From Eledone cirrhosa (lineage: Eukaryota), in NCBI GenBank assembly GCA_964016885.1, contig OZ024742.1, positions 52,452,001 through 52,516,000 on the forward strand: 64,000 bases of DNA. Direction: 5' to 3'. Shown here one piece after another: positions 14,169 through 28,800 of the stretch. A program made the translations under genes and the position numbers. How positions within the stretch are numbered: position 1 is the first letter of the stretch; each line of letters opens with the position of its first letter. Under the pieces are notes generated by a model, which saw nothing but the letters and a program-made list of their open reading frames with translations, did not search any database and was not told the DNA's origin.

Positions 14169-15086
14169 ATGAATATAAACCGTCCGGGCTTAAGCAATAC
14201 AGACAATGCCACTAACGTTAATAACGGAACCCTACAAAATAGTACGCATAGTAGCGAGACTCACCCCACAGATAAGAAAAATAGAAGAAGGAAAAACATG
14301 TATTTTAACCCACCTTTTAACTCTGAGGTCCTCACTAACCTCCCCAGAGTATTCTTCTCATTATTAGAAAAAAACTTCCCACCAGGCAATAGATATCGCA
14401 ACATAATTAACAAAAGCATGATTAAATTATCCTATTCGACCACACCTAACCTCGCATCACACCTAGCACGCACGAACATTAGGAAAACTAGGGAAGGTTT
14501 CGAAGCAATTAAAATGGCAGTTAACCACCAGCAACCGACTACACTGGAAAATGGGCAACATAATAGCATCAATGAGCCATCTAATGATATAGGGGCACCT
14601 AGTGATAATGCTAGTAACCAAAGTTCGGGAGGTACGCTAACTAATCGAACCCGCAGTTGCAATTGTAGGCGGAGTAGTAATTGTCCCCTAAGGGGGGATT
14701 GCCTCATGAAAAACATCGTATATGGATGTGACGTAACCACACACAATTCTACCAAAACATATATAGGAGCAACGTCCAATACATTTAAAACTAGATTTAA
14801 CGCGCATATGTACACATTTAGACACGATAGACATAAGAATGCCACCTCACTGGCGGTATACATCTCATTTTTTAAAAATAATAGTAGCCCATACAAACTT
14901 TTTTGGAGAAAGCTTACTAGATCCACGCCATACCGACCGCAGAGCGGGAGTTGTGACCTGTGTTTACTGAAATGCCATGCCATAATACACTCTAAACTGA
15001 ACCTGCTTAACAGGAAATCGGAAATTTTCTCCTCTTGCCAACACAAAATCCTGAGTTCCTTCTTTTATTTTAAACCTAGCACATAG
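14169..15086 (+). CDS. 5'-truncated PLE (element ~14070-15205): linker plus GIY-YIG endonuclease, open frame
   Basis: YFNPPFN..FFSLLEKNFP..YRNIINK..KLSYSTTPN; CNCRRSSNC; IVY..YIGATSNTFKTRF..H; CDLC; LLNRKSE..C.H. Confidence 0.88.
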   Translation: MNINRPGLSNTDNATNVNNGTLQNSTHSSETHPTDKKNRRRKNMYFNPPFNSEVLTNLPRVFFSLLEKNFPPGNRYRNIINKSMIKLSYSTTPNLASHLARTNIRKTREGFEAIKMAVNHQQPTTLENGQHNSINEPSNDIGAPSDNASNQSSGGTLTNRTRSCNCRRSSNCPLRGDCLMKNIVYGCDVTTHNSTKTYIGATSNTFKTRFNAHMYTFRHDRHKNATSLAVYISFFKNNSSPYKLFWRKLTRSTPYRPQSGSCDLCLLKCHAIIHSKLNLLNRKSEIFSSCQHKILSSFFYFKPST

Positions 15087-15207
15087 ACGTAACATATATT
15101 ACGCAACCCCCACCTAGACATACCCCTCCTTGACTATAGCTCCCCCCAGCCCGTAACCAAAATAGATAGGTAGCCTAAGGGTGGAACAGTCCCCTACAAG
15201 GTTGGTG

Positions 15208-15288
<81 letters not shown>

Positions 15289-15559
15289 TCTCCTTTTCTC
15301 TCTCACACACACACAAACATATGTATATGTGTGTGCGTACGTGTGTGCACACATGCATGCATATGTGCGTGCATTGTATACATGTATATTGTATATATAT
15401 ATATATATATATGTATATTGTATGCATGTGTATTATATTGTGTGTATGTGTATATGTGATATGTATGTGTATATATGTATGTATGTGTATGTGTGTGTAT
15501 GTGTATGTGTGTGTGTATGATGTGTGTATATATGTGTATATGTATGTATATTTTTTCTG

Positions 15560-17330
15560 TAGAAGTCTTCTCTATATGTGGTGTTTGGCATGAATTCCTC
15601 CTATAATACTCTTCTTTGAGAGGAGCACGATATGTAGAGTAACACATATGTATTGTCGAAGTTGAAACTGAGAACTCCACCCCTCCTGCTGACCCAAATG
15701 TTTACTGAGGACCAGAACACCATTCTCCGCAATATAAGAGAGGAATGCGCTTGCCGCACTATTGATGACCATAACATCACATTCCAAGGTAATGGCAAAA
15801 CACAGTGGATGCTAAACACGACCAGAACACCACAGCATGCACATCGGAGCAACAGAGATATAATATCAATAAGCGAATCAATTGAATTTTTTGAGTTGAA
15901 ATACATATAAATATGTGTCTGTGTGTATCGGACACACGTACACATAAAGAAACTGCTGACCTAAATGTACCTGTCATGCCGGTCTGAATTGCTAAGAGAA
16001 TTTTCGGTCAGTTACTATCTTGACCGATTACCATCACAATTACTGCGTAGCGGTTCTTGCACGTGACTGCTAGACTCGGATGAAACGAAATTGAAGAATT
16101 TCCTTGCGTACCGTTTTGTACCACAGATGCGATCTCACTCTGCCTCGTTAATGTTCAATCGACAACAAAGTTCTACGTTCGGGGCAATAGAATTGAATCC
16201 AACCACCGACAACATAGTTGGATGACCGATAATCACACCAAACCGGAGTACTGTGATCCTTGTGATTTCGAGATATACAACCACTGACACTGTTACGAAG
16301 ACCAGAAAACCATACTCCATAATATTGAACCAAGTGATTGATTTGTGCGACCAAAATAACACCACACACATATTGAACTAGGAATATTGGATCTTCCGTC
16401 AATGTCTGGGTGAGCAAAAATAGATTTCTATCTGCATTGGAATTTACGAACTTGTGCATCTGCTGTGGTGTGAAAAACAAACGCACATGACCGCACAGAT
16501 AAACAATGGACTATGCCACGTGGCTTGAACCTGTAAGTGAATTGAAGGTTCTGTAACTCTGATATACAGATTATTTATTATTAAGATGTATAAACTTGAC
16601 AAAACTATTATCACCTTATATTCTCTCAACTAATCACATTTGATCATATTTCTCTATCCCGTTTTCTCCCCCCATAATTATAATATTTTTATTTGAAAAT
16701 ATCGGTTTTTTTACATTGTGTTTTCCCCTTCAAGTACTTGCTTATATTTCTTTATATATTCTCTATATATTTTTTTTAATATATATATTTTTATCTTTAT
16801 TCTTATTTTCACTTTTATCCTCCTTTGAATTTTACCTTATTCTTACCTTTATACCTTATTATAGTGTAATCTTCCCCATGCCTTATTATACATTATTATA
16901 CATTATTAATTATAGATTATTATTATTACTCTTTTTCCATTTCTAATTACTTCATGTACTTTCTCCTCCGTTATATATATATTGTATGCCCTGTGTGTGT
17001 GTGTAGCCTCTGCACACCCTCTGCACCCTACTATCGACGCCACCCCATCTATGGTTCAGCTAACCACTCGACTCCCGGGAATGAATATGACCGCAGCTAG
17101 TAAACAAGCACCCACACCTCACCCTCCCGCACTAAAATTAGACTTATCGGCCCCTACTTTTGCTCTTTCCTCTCTTTACTCTTTGTTCTTGAATGTTTGG
17201 TTGGTAGAGTCCATAACACCAATCAAACCCCTTTTATAGCTCTGACGAATCCTACGGTTACGTAAGGAAGAAACATTGTAAGCCAATAAAAATCTTTTGA
17301 TGTTGTAGACGCTCTTGTGTTCTTTATCAT
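15560..17330 (+). mobile_element. Decayed PLE 3' portion of a different type (CxxC-containing GIY-YIG) with terminal HHR
   Basis: Manual translation gives SWMTDN..EYCDPCDFEIY and C-terminal QWTMPRGLNL* (~16505-16536). AT-rich 3'UTR, HHR at 17232, AATAAA, then (TA)n. Confidence 0.5.
17232..17291 (+). ncRNA. Type I hammerhead ribozyme
   Basis: TTTTAT-A-GCT-CTGACGA-A-TCCTACG(GTTA)CGTAAGGA-A-GAAAC-ATT-GTA^AGC-CA-ATAAAA. Confidence 0.78.
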
Positions 17331-17589
17331 ATATATAGGTATATATATATATATGTATGTATATATATATAGGTATATATAGTATTAATTATACTATTTA
17401 TGGTTATGTAAATACAAAAACCTTTTGCAGTTATATATATTTTTTTATACAAACCCTAAATAGTGGTAGGCAGTAATATATTACTACCTTATTACCAGTA
17501 AGTTAAGTAGCTCAATGTAAAAACATCAGATGATTTACAGAGCAGTTATATGAAATATAAGAATCAAAGAACTGTTCAAAACAGTTTTA

Positions 17590-17636
17590 TGGTTACAACT
17601 GTTTCCTCCAAACCGAGGTTTGGATTCTTCGGAGCA
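17590..17636 (-). ncRNA. Hammerhead (U4C variant), inverted copy
   Basis: Reverse complement of 18292-18338 with one stem I change. Confidence 0.65.
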
Positions 17637-18291
17637 ATTTATTAATGAATGAACAGTTATATGACCTCCTTTTCACCCAAGAGACATACAGATACATATG
17701 CAAATATTGTGGGTCAACATTCACTGAACTAAAGAACATCAGACTACGATTCTCTAACTGGATTGTCAAACGCTCAATATCGAATTGTCGTGGATTATGT
17801 GAGGGGCATATAATCTGAAAAATACACTCCCCTGACTATGAAAATGTCGAAGTACATGAAGTCCATAACATCCCTTCGCTGTGCATTTCCAATGTTTTTA
17901 ATATTTTTAATATTCTTAATGCTTGCACTATTTTTAATGCTTATATCATTTCTCCACACACAGACTATAACAATCATATAAAGAATTTGCCACCAGATCA
18001 ACCAACCTAACACTCTTGTTTACCTACCTAAGTGCTTCTACTACACGTAACTCTATATAGACAAGACGCACGTGCTTGCCACACATATAACATTTGCACT
18101 ATATAACCGTTTATTTTCATGTTGTATTTTAACCTGTATTTTTGATTGTATCTTTAAATATGAATGTAATCTCTAAGTGTGTACTGCCAATCTAAATGCT
18201 GTAATGAATGTTGACCCGCAATATTTGCATATGTATCTGTATGTCTTTTGGGTGAAAAGGAGGTCATATAAGTGTTCATTCATTAATAAAT

Positions 18292-18338
18292 TGCTCCGAA
18301 GAATCCAAACCTCGGTTTGGAGGAAACAGTTGTAAGCA
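18292..18338 (+). ncRNA. Hammerhead (U4C variant)
   Basis: TGCT-CCGAAGA-A-TCCAAAC(CTCG)GTTTGGA-G-GAAAC-AGTT-GTA^AGCA. Confidence 0.72.
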
Positions 18339-18402
18339 TAAAAATGTTTTGAACAGTTCTTTGATTCTTATATTTCATATATTTCATAGGTATATATATA
18401 TG

Positions 18403-18438
<36 letters not shown>

Positions 18439-18454
18439 TACATATATATGTATG

Positions 18455-18532
<78 letters not shown>

Positions 18533-18720
18533 TATATATATATATATGTATGTATATATATATATAGGTATATATATATATATATGTATGTATATATATA
18601 TATAGGTATATATGTATGTATGTATATATATATATAGGTATATATGTATGTATGTATATATATATAGGTATATATATATGTGTATATATATATATAGGTA
18701 TATATATGTATATATATATG

Positions 18721-18813
<93 letters not shown>

Positions 18814-18824
18814 GTATATATATG

Positions 18825-18859
<35 letters not shown>

Positions 18860-18890
18860 GTATATATATATATAAATATATATATATATA

Positions 18891-19229
18891 CTAGCATATT
18901 TACCCGGCGTTGCCCGAGTTTTGAAATGCAACAAAGAATAAACAAGAAACAATCGATAATATTAGTGATTTATCTTCAAATGAATCTGATGTTTATATTT
19001 CTGTCAATAAAGTTGGTTATCTCCCTTTTTTACAAGGATTGTCAATAAAGTTCTTTATCTTCCTTACATCAATTTTGCTACCGATAATTTTTATATAGAT
19101 TTTGTATTGCTTAACGTGGGTCGATTGCAAAAACGTGTACAGAAAATTTGGTAAAATTCGGTTGGTAAAAGCCTCAGGTATCCAAAGTTGTACACAGACA
19201 CACACACATCCTCGCTTTTATATATATAA
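18891..19229 (-). mobile_element. Short non-autonomous Helitron
   Basis: Minus strand ends CTCGGGCAACGCCGGGTAAATATGCTAG (hairpin plus CTAG). 5' TATATATAAAA.CGAGGATGT matches 25815 copy. Confidence 0.75.
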
Positions 19230-19231
19230 AA

Positions 19232-19321
<90 letters not shown>

Positions 19322-19394
19322 ATATATATGTATATATATGTATATATATATGTATATGTATATATATGTATGTATATATATATGTATATGTATA

Positions 19395-19463
<69 letters not shown>

Positions 19464-19465
<2 letters not shown>

Positions 19466-20712
19466 AAGGCGGGTAAAATTCCCGAGATCCATGGACGAGT
19501 TCTCTCCAGCGGTCTCTGTCCCTCATTATCGCTGCCATGTCCTGCATCTCCAACAGACCAGTGTCTGTCCTTAGGGCATCAACATACGTTAACCTTGGTC
19601 TTCCTCTTCTAGTGTGTCCATGTATGGGCTCCCAAAGGAGTACTGAGTGCAATGTCAACTCTGGATGTCGGTGAGCATGTCCAGCTAACCTCAGTCTCCT
19701 CTGTGTCACTTTTGAGCTGACTTTTGTGAGGCTCCCATACAGCTCTGAGTTTTTCATCCTCAGTGTATACTGCTTAATATTCAGAGCCATCCTCAGCATT
19801 CTCGTGTAGCACCCATCCACCATCTGAGTGAGTTTCTTGGTCAGTGTCCAAGTCTCAGACCCATACAGCAGCATAGACTTCACTACAGCAATGAAGAGGC
19901 GGATTTTCACGTCTCTACGAAGGTCCGACTTCCACACCGATCTCAAGCTGTGGCACGCCGCCCAGGCCCTGCTCTTCCTCTCAACCACATCATCCTCCGT
20001 ATTCCCAATCTTTGCTCCCAAATACAGGAAGTCCTCAACCAATTCCAGCGGCTTCCCGCCTACATTAGTGATCCCCTCTGGCTTCTCAACATTCTCTAGC
20101 AGATATTTTGTTTTAGTCTCATTCATTCTCAGCCCCACACTCATCGACACAGTCTCAACCTCCCGCATCAAATGCTCTGCCTCCTTCACTGTATTTGTCA
20201 CCAAAACTATGTCGTCGGCAAATTCAGCATCCGATACCTTTTTCGCCCTAACTCTCCTGCTCTGATCCGGTACTACAGTAAAGCCAGAGTCCTGGTGTTT
20301 CTCCAGTGCAAGGCGCATACAATAATCCACCACGATGATAAAAAGGTAGGGAGCCAATGTATCTCCCTGGAGCACTCCAGCTAGTATCTCAAAGAACTCT
20401 GTCATTCCATCAGGTGTAATGACTTGGGCTTTGGTGTTGGTGTAGAGCAGTGATATCAGGTCCACTATCTTCTTGGGGATTCCATAAGCCTGTAAGATCT
20501 TCATCAGGCAGTAACGGTCCACAGAATCAAAGGCCTTCCTAAAGTCAATGAAAACCATGACCGCAGGAAGGCACTTTGCTCTAGCTCCCTCTAATATCCT
20601 CCTCAGCATCAGGATGTGACTAGTGGTTGATCTACTCTCTCTGAAGCCGTTCTGGTTGTACCTGAGCTTCTTCTCCATCTTAGGCTGGATCCTGTTAAGA
20701 ATCATCCTGTTG
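19464..20712 (-). CDS. 5'-truncated RTE-clade LINE reverse transcriptase, open frame
   Basis: [59 protein letters not shown]. The N-terminal YI part of the track ORF is microsatellite. Confidence 0.93.
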
Positions 20713-20801
20713 ATTATATATATATATGTATATATATATATATGTGTGTGTGTGTGTATATATACATATGTGTGTGTATATATATATATATACATATATA
20801 G

Positions 20802-20906
<105 letters not shown>

Positions 20907-21053
20907 AGGAGAGACAGAGAGAGTAAGAAGTGTTTGTGTGTTTGGTACACGTCTAATTATCTATCTATCTCTCCACCAGGGGGCCCGAGAACTACTTTTC
21001 TCTGGCCCGTGGTAGAACCAATATTTCATATTACATTATAACTGGTGAAAATA

Positions 21054-21272
21054 AGGCGGTGAGCTGGTGGAATCGTTAGCACATCTGGCGAAATGCTTAG
21101 CGGTACTTCTTCCGTTTTTTACGTTCCGAGTTCAAATTCCGCCGATCTCAACTTTGCCTTTCATACTTTGGGGGTCGATAAATTAAGTACCAGTTGTGAA
21201 CTGGGATCAATGTAATCGACGGGACCCTATACCCTACATTTCATGCCTTGTGCCTATAGGAGAAATGATTAT
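21054..21272 (+). mobile_element. Full-length tRNA-derived SINE (Octopus-type)
   Basis: ggcggtgagctgg..gaatcgttagc (A-box-like), gagttcaaattcc (B-box), ggggtcgataaattaagtaccag, gccttgtgcct tail. Confidence 0.85.
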
Positions 21273-21373
21273 AACTGGTTAAAATGATCATCCACCACCA
21301 CGTTTGGCCCACTGTACCTCTCCTCCAGGACATAATGGCCCTTTTATGTCCTTCAGTTTGAGACCCCTCTTCT

Positions 21374-21408
<35 letters not shown>

Positions 21409-21531
21409 CACTTTACTTTTTTTCTGTCTCAGGAATACGCCCATGCGTTAATTATGGGGACGCCAACAAACCAACAAGCATTAGTTGGAGCGCAAACAGA
21501 AACGCAAAGACACACACAGATATATATACAT

Positions 21532-21651
21532 ATATACGACGTGCTTCTTTAGGTTTCTGTCTATCAAATCCACTTACAGGGTTTTAGTCGGCCCAGGCAG
21601 TGGGACTGAACCCGGAAACATGTGGTTACGAAGCAAGCTTCTTGTCACACT

Positions 21652-21655
<4 letters not shown>
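21532..21655 (-). mobile_element. Second tRNA-derived SINE family, deleted copy
   Basis: Minus strand ccacatgtttccgggttcagtccc B-box; ttgatagacagaaac..aagaagcacgtcg 3' end. Confidence 0.6.
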
Positions 21656-21746
<91 letters not shown>

Positions 21747-21974
21747 AAAATTAACAATGAAAATAAAATCCAAAGTCAAGTTACTTTATAACTTTGTTTT
21801 TATTTTTATTGTTAATTTAATACCTAATATCTGACTCTGTATCTAAAGAATTAACTCAGCGAAACACAGAACTTCTTTATAGATTTTGGAAGATTACATT
21901 GAGTTCTATCCAGAGGTAGACCAAACTGAAAAAAGAAAAAAATACATATATATGTGTGTATGTGTGTGTGTGTG

Positions 21975-22178
<204 letters not shown>

Positions 22179-23257
22179 CATATATATATACAACATATAT
22201 ATATATATACATTTACATATGTACATAGCTATGCATTTCTACATTTGTATATATACATCCATTTATATTTAAGTGTGTAAGGATGTTGACATGAGTGATG
22301 TTTTTTGGTAAGGAGAGAATTTTGACTCCAGATTTTATTACCTAAAGAGATTAAATACCACACCTCTGGCTGGAAGCTGACCAGGTTCTCAACCTCATCA
22401 AATACCAACGCCGGCCTGTGTGTGTATATATGTGTATGTATGTATGTATGTACGTATGCATGTGTGTGTATGATTGTATGTATGATTGCATGTATACACC
22501 CACACCTTTCCTCACCATTGGTTCTTTTTCTTGTCGTTTCTGTTGTTCTTGTAACTTGTCAAAGTTGAAGTTGTCCATTTTCATTTTCTTTTCGTTTTAC
22601 TTTTATCTCCCTAGTGACTTCGTTGACAAGCTTCTTTTATTTATTTTCTTCGTTTTCTTCATTCAAATGCATTCACTGTGGCTGTCTCAGAGACGTACAA
22701 ATATGGCTTATAAAACTTACCTAAGTAAATAGCCTTCCAGTGCCCCCCTAGCGCCGCACAACGCTTCAAACGCCCCTCTAAAGACCCCTGGAGCTCCGAA
22801 ACGCCCGGGGGGGGGGGGGGCATATGCCCCCCGTTCAGAACCTTTGGTATACAACAAGATACTTATAAAAGCCTTCTTGATCCAGATCCCTAATAGTTAT
22901 ATCATAAACAATTTGGGTCGAGTTAGTAACTGTCAGTTTACTGCGTTTAAATGTAGCTTTTGCTCACTTATCTAGACCAAATTCCATGCTGATAACAACA
23001 CTGAATGTGTTCACAGTTACCAGTAACCCTTGGCATAGAATTTAAGATCATCCATGTAGAACATGTGTGATGATCTTATTAAACATATTGTAAACGAGCT
23101 TTGTCCTATTCAACTCGTGGGACAAGAGAATAAGGGAAATACAGAAGAGAAGAGGCTGGAGTTAATCGCCCTGAAATATTCCACTACCATCATCACCATC
23201 TTCATCATCTTCATCATCATCGCCAGCGTCATCACCATTATCATCATCAATATCACC

Positions 23258-23638
23258 AGTACAAGGGTGGAGTCGATTATATAAACCTCAGTACTTAACT
23301 AGTTCTTTATTTAATCTACCACCAGAAGAATGAAAGGCAAAGTTTATATCGGTGGGGTTTGAAGTCAGAACGTCATAAGTAAATACCGCACAGTATTATG
23401 TCGGACGCCCCACGAACACCGCAAATCCACCGCCCTTGCTCAAGTAATAATTGTTTCTACTTTAGGCACAAGGCCAGCAATTACCCAGTGCATTACTGGT
23501 ACTTTATTTTATCGACCCCGTAAGGATGAAAGGCAAAGTCAACCTCGGCGGGATTTGAACTCAGATCGTGAAGGGACATAACTATGCTGGAAAGCATGGC
23601 GTCCGACCCTCTACCGATATTGCCAATCCACCGCCTTA
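23258..23638 (-). mobile_element. Two adjacent SINE copies (23258-23436 and 23448-23638)
   Basis: Each has atgaaaggcaaagt, the gatttgaactcaga B-box complement and a ccaccgcc end. Confidence 0.85.
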
Positions 23639-23849
23639 AGTAATAATGGTTTCTGATTTAGTCTCAAGTAATAATAAGATTGGTATCATAGTGCTAAAGA
23701 CAACATTTTAAATCACGCTATAAATTTCAGGTGAGTTTACAAAATGAGAGGGATATAATGAGCGTAATTCTTATTAGTCAATTAAGGTGAGTTGTCCGAT
23801 TTCGATTAGCTGATGGCATGATAAATCTCAAATATGGCAAACACTGAAA

Positions 23850-24310
23850 AATAAACGAGGTGAAAATATATAATATATATTTGGGATGGATATGAACATT
23901 TAAATGATATTAAAGATACTGAGAAATCCCCAAAGCAATCTAACATCTTTAGGAAATCGAAATGGATATTATCGTCAACTTCAAACCGAGAATATCATCC
24001 AAATCTATAATAAAACTATATCAGATACAAGTGATAATATAATGAATGACCAAAGATTATAGCTTGCAGACCAAGGTGAGATAATAAATTAGATTGTACA
24101 ATTAAATGCAGAGATTATATATTAATTCTTAAAGAAAATAAGAGGAATATCAACTCAAGTCAAAACTTTAGATAAATTAAACCCCATAAATACAGTAGCG
24201 AATTTAAATTAAATAAACAAAATCTTAAGTCATATTAATGATAGAGTTTGAAACGTAATGAACACCTATCGATCGCATGATTGCAACACAATTATCATTT
24301 GGTATAGAAA
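23850..24310 (+). pseudogene. Heavily decayed PLE RT fragment
   Basis: LILKENKRNINSSQNFR*..NPINT resembles the TLKDHKxxFxxxPxCRLINP motif of the other PLEs here. Confidence 0.4.
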
Positions 24311-25814
24311 TTGCTTTCAGAGACGGATTATAGCAAACCCCTTCATTTCCTACGAAACCGATTGTCTAAGAAGCCCAATATCTAATAAGACATTCGTATG
24401 TAAGTAGTTAATACATGGGTTTCACTCGGACATTCAGTACTAACTTATTCGTGGGCATTACCCATCTCCTTCTACTAATCCTACTCATTTCCAGCCATTG
24501 CCTTTACGAAGTGACGAATAACACATCCAAACTCACTGTAATCCATCTGTTATTACATACACGTTGATCTTGCGACCTGACGTGGTCTAATATGAATAAC
24601 ACCTGTCCGTCTTTGTCACTAGTTTTAAGAAACCAGATCTACTCCAATCTCTATTGTCTGTATTTCTTTAATTGTCAATCACCTGATCTTATTGAAATTA
24701 TCTCCATGTTGTTCTTAAGTTTAAACATTCAAGGGGGAGATTTTGCATACGAATCCCTTCGATGTTCTCATTTGATTTATCTTTTAAACTCACTATATTA
24801 CATAAACAAGAACTTGCCTTGTATATGTGCAAATTCATTATGTTTTGCATATACGTCTCTTTCATGTATAAGATGTATCTCGTTTCGCACACACACACAC
24901 ACAGGCACGCACACGCACCAACACATATGCAGTTAGTCATACTAACAAATACAACAAGCATATATACATGCATCAATGTACCGATCTGTGTATAAATTTA
25001 TTTTTTAATATAGATGCATTTTAATTACATATACCTCTATGTAAGTCAGCAATATCACATTGTCCTTATGACACTATATATACTTCAGTATCTGACTGAA
25101 ACCAAGCAATTACACTGAGCTAAGTTTTGGTGCTTTTACTACTTTCTATCCGGCTATATGGATAGCTGTTTCATTGGACTGCACATGGAATAATCAAGTT
25201 TGAACAAAACTAATACTTGACTGGTCCTTATGTATAGACTCGGAAAGGAAGAGAAACTACATGGTATTTGAAACCACTAATCTATTGAATCTCATATCGA
25301 CTGTTGTTTTAAATATTTTCATTAATCTTTCTATCATGATCTAAATTGCATATAAAAATGAAATGAAGTATTCATTGATGTTTGAATCAGGGAATGCTAT
25401 TGCAGGTGTCGAACACATGCGTTGTGCAGAACCATCCTAAGCAAACATATATAGCTGCAAGCTTGGGAAAATTCAATTATAGACATAGAAGTATCTTTTT
25501 ATACTGTTTAGGAATTTTTTTAATAATCTCCCATTATGAAAGTCTAGAAAATTCATTATCTCATGCGTTTCCTTAAATATATATTCTTCATATATTTATT
25601 TTGTCTTTGTTTCAGTATATTTTCTTCTCATTTGCGTCATGTTATTTGCCATACCATATTGACAAACTCTTTAAGATTTTTTTTTCTTAATTTATGTATC
25701 ACGTTTCTTCTATATATATTTATTTATTTATTTGTTTATATATATAAAATTGTGAGGACGTAGTTTTCTTTTCTGTTTTCTTTTTTTTTTTGTGGAATGG
25801 TGGAATATAATTAA

Positions 25815-26101
25815 TCTATATATATAAAACTGAGGATGTTTGTCTGTGTGTGAGTTTGAATCCCTAAAACTCGAGAACCACCCAACCGACTATTTTCAAA
25901 CTTTACACATGTAATACCTATGTTTCAGGGTGTGTTCTGAGCAAAAACAATTTCAAATTTTCAATGCCCTAGGGACTGCATTAGGCGATTTAGCGATCTC
26001 TCTCTATAATTCTTAGACTTTCTCTTTTTAGATACATACATATCACGTCGCGCCCTTATAATATCTGTCTGCATTACATCACTTCCCTGAGGATGTCTGT
26101 C

Positions 26102-26179
<78 letters not shown>

Positions 26180-26748
26180 TTTGAATCCCTAAAACTCGAG
26201 AAGTACCCAACCGACGTTTTTCAAACTTTACATGTGTATTACTTATGTTTCAGGGAGTGTTATGCACATAACAAAATTCAACTTTTTCATCCCCTAGTTG
26301 AAAAATTGCGTTTTTTCAGGTTTTTAGGGTTTTTTCTGGGTCGTTACGTCAGACCGATTTCCTTGAAATTGTAACTATGTATTAGTCAGTGTCTTGTTCA
26401 TATTGTGAGCAAAGAAAATCCAACTTTTTTATGGCCTTGGGCCCGCATTAGGTGAAATACTTCATTTTTTCAGATTTTTAGGGATTTTTTGAGGCGTTAC
26501 GTCTAGCAGATTTTCTCGAAATTTCAAGGCATATTATGCACATAAAAAATTCATTTTATTGATCCCCTAGGGTGAAAACCTGCATTTTTCCTGCTTCATC
26601 GAGGAAAATCTTAAGATATCCAGCCATCAGAGTATTCGGTTTATTTTCTTTACATATTGTTCACGCATGCAGTTTTTCCACGATTAGGTCTGTTGGGGCC
26701 CGCGTTCCAAAATACCTTATCCCGTGCAACGCCGGGTAACACTGCTGG
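25815..26748 (+). mobile_element. Non-autonomous Helitron with internal ~120-bp repeats
   Basis: 5' TCTATATATATAAAA; 3' CCCGTGCAACGCCGGG hairpin plus CTGG; between A and T; duplicated head at ~26087. Confidence 0.8.
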
Positions 26749-26876
26749 TATGATATAAAAGAAGAATCGCGGCTAATAGTCAAGGCGCGCTATTAATAAT
26801 AGGCTTGTAAACTATTTCATTCAAATTCATATGTTCTATACTCCTTATGTATATTTTATAACATTATATCCATTAT

Positions 26877-27071
26877 AGGGCGGTGAATTGGCAGTATCAG
26901 TAGAGGATCGGACGCCATGCTTTTACGCATAGAGTTACGGCCCTGGACATTCTGAGTTCAAATTCCGCCGAGGTTAACTTTGCCTTTCATCCTTACGGGT
27001 TCGATAAAATAAAGTACCAGTAATGCACTGGATTAATTGCTGGACTTGTGCCAATAGTAGAAACAATTATA
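26877..27071 (+). mobile_element. SINE
   Basis: gggcggtgaattggc..gagttcaaattccgccgaggttaactttgcc..gaaacaattatt. Confidence 0.88.
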
Positions 27072-28612
27072 TTCATTATATATATTATGTTGATATTCAT
27101 TTAACCTATATACATTATTGTAATGTTTTACAGCCCTATTCTAATAACTAGGGCATGCGACTGGTTTCTATATAATTCAACCATCTCTATTAGATCATTG
27201 TAGACCGATTTTGGTCTAACATTTTCACAATATATTCAATTGAAGATTATGATTTAAAAGGCTGTTTGGCTTTCAGACATAAAAACGAAAGACAGCGTAT
27301 ACGAAATATTAATTGTATTATTAGAATACAATTAAACAGCAATAATTGTCTCTGTATCTATTTACGTTGGGTGTAGGGGTAGAGGTAACCCCTCCTCACC
27401 AGGGGATACAAAAATAGACAAAATACATTTTAAAGTCAATTATTCTGTAAATCTATTTTAGATATTACTCTTATAATTAAGCAAGATCAGAAAGATAATG
27501 AAAGAATATTTAACAATGACATAATAAAATAAGTGCTTTAATTGAAGGTAAAACTATTCATTTCTTTTTAATCATGGTGTCTACAATTCATAATTATTTG
27601 AGCAAAATTCACCTCCTACCAAAAACATTGATTTATCTCACCACTAATTATATTATATTACTTAACTCATATAACTAAAAATATTTAAATGTAGTTGTAA
27701 AATGGAAGAGCTGAAGTAAGTTGAAAGGCTGGTAAGTGGCGATGTTCGTAGGTGCAGCTTGCTTTAATTGCTTTGCTAATTTTCCCTGTAGTAAAATGTT
27801 CACTGTTTGTATTTTTGTGTAATCAACGATTTAAAGATATCTTCCAACGAATAAATATCCCTGTATCGGTCTGCATAAACACAATATGGCCTCAGGCAAT
27901 TTGGGGAAATTAACATACAGCGGGGTCGTGAATGGCCATAGCTACCGATACACCAGCCGGATAGAAATGTCCTATGAAGGTCGGCTACAACATGATAGCC
28001 TTTCTATCTGACCTCCTGCTACAATCACGGGTGAATGAATAGATCAGCCTCTAAAGTAAATATACCTCATAATAGAAAGAAGGAAATTATTCTGGCTAAT
28101 TAATGTATTTCATTAATTAACTCAAACATTATATGATTTATATATAGAGAGCGGTTTGGGGGCTCGCTAATTTATATTAGATTAGTTTCTTGCCCCATGG
28201 GTTCAAGTCTGAACGTTTCTAAAATTAGATTATTCTTTTATGTTTTGATCGCTATACAACTTTTATCCATTCATTGTCGATAAAAAAAAGTACCAGTCTA
28301 GTACTGGAGTCGATTCATCCTCTATATCTTTTCTCACTTCCTTTCTCTCACTTTCTCTATCATTCTCTGGAAGAAATCCATTGTATACGGGCCTAGAGAG
28401 GAGATGGACTCCACCAGATTCAAAAATGCCCTAGAGATGGTACCCCTCCGACTCCCTCAGGAGGTATGGGTCTATACCATACCAAATATAGACATACATT
28501 GTTAGACTGTATTGTTGTTGTCGTTGTAGTTGTTTCGTTGATGTAGATGTAGTCATTTCGTTTTGTTGTTGTTGTTGTTGTTGTTGTTTTATAACCTGTC
28601 TCTCCTATTCAA

Positions 28613-28800
28613 ATAATTGTTTCTACTTTTGGCACAAGGCCAGTAATTACCCAGTGCATTACTGGTACTTTATTTTATCGACCCCGTAAGGATGAAAGGC
28701 AAAGTTAACCTCGGTGGGATTTGAACTCAGAATGGCAAGAGCCGTAACTCTTTGCGTCAAAGCGTGGCGTCCGACCCTCTACCGAAACTGCCAATCCACC
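28613..28800 (-). mobile_element. SINE
   Basis: Near-identical to 54511-54704. Confidence 0.88.

Larger units (their letters stand above)
17546..18388 (+). mobile_element. PLE-type 3' fragment with inverted terminal copy (~175-bp arms), both arms with HHR
   Basis: 17548-17722 is the reverse complement of ~18205-18380. Confidence 0.75.

Noticed and set aside
15648-16540. In-frame TGA codons near Cys as selenocysteine (Naiad-type selenoprotein)
   Set aside because: TAA stops and frameshifts are also present, no SECIS recognised; ordinary decay suffices
19828-20265. Antisense ORFs over LINE/PLE/mariner coding regions (also 9452, 11417, 14432, 32389, 52183, 62300, 63089)
   Set aside because: Shadow frames of retroelement or transposase ORFs
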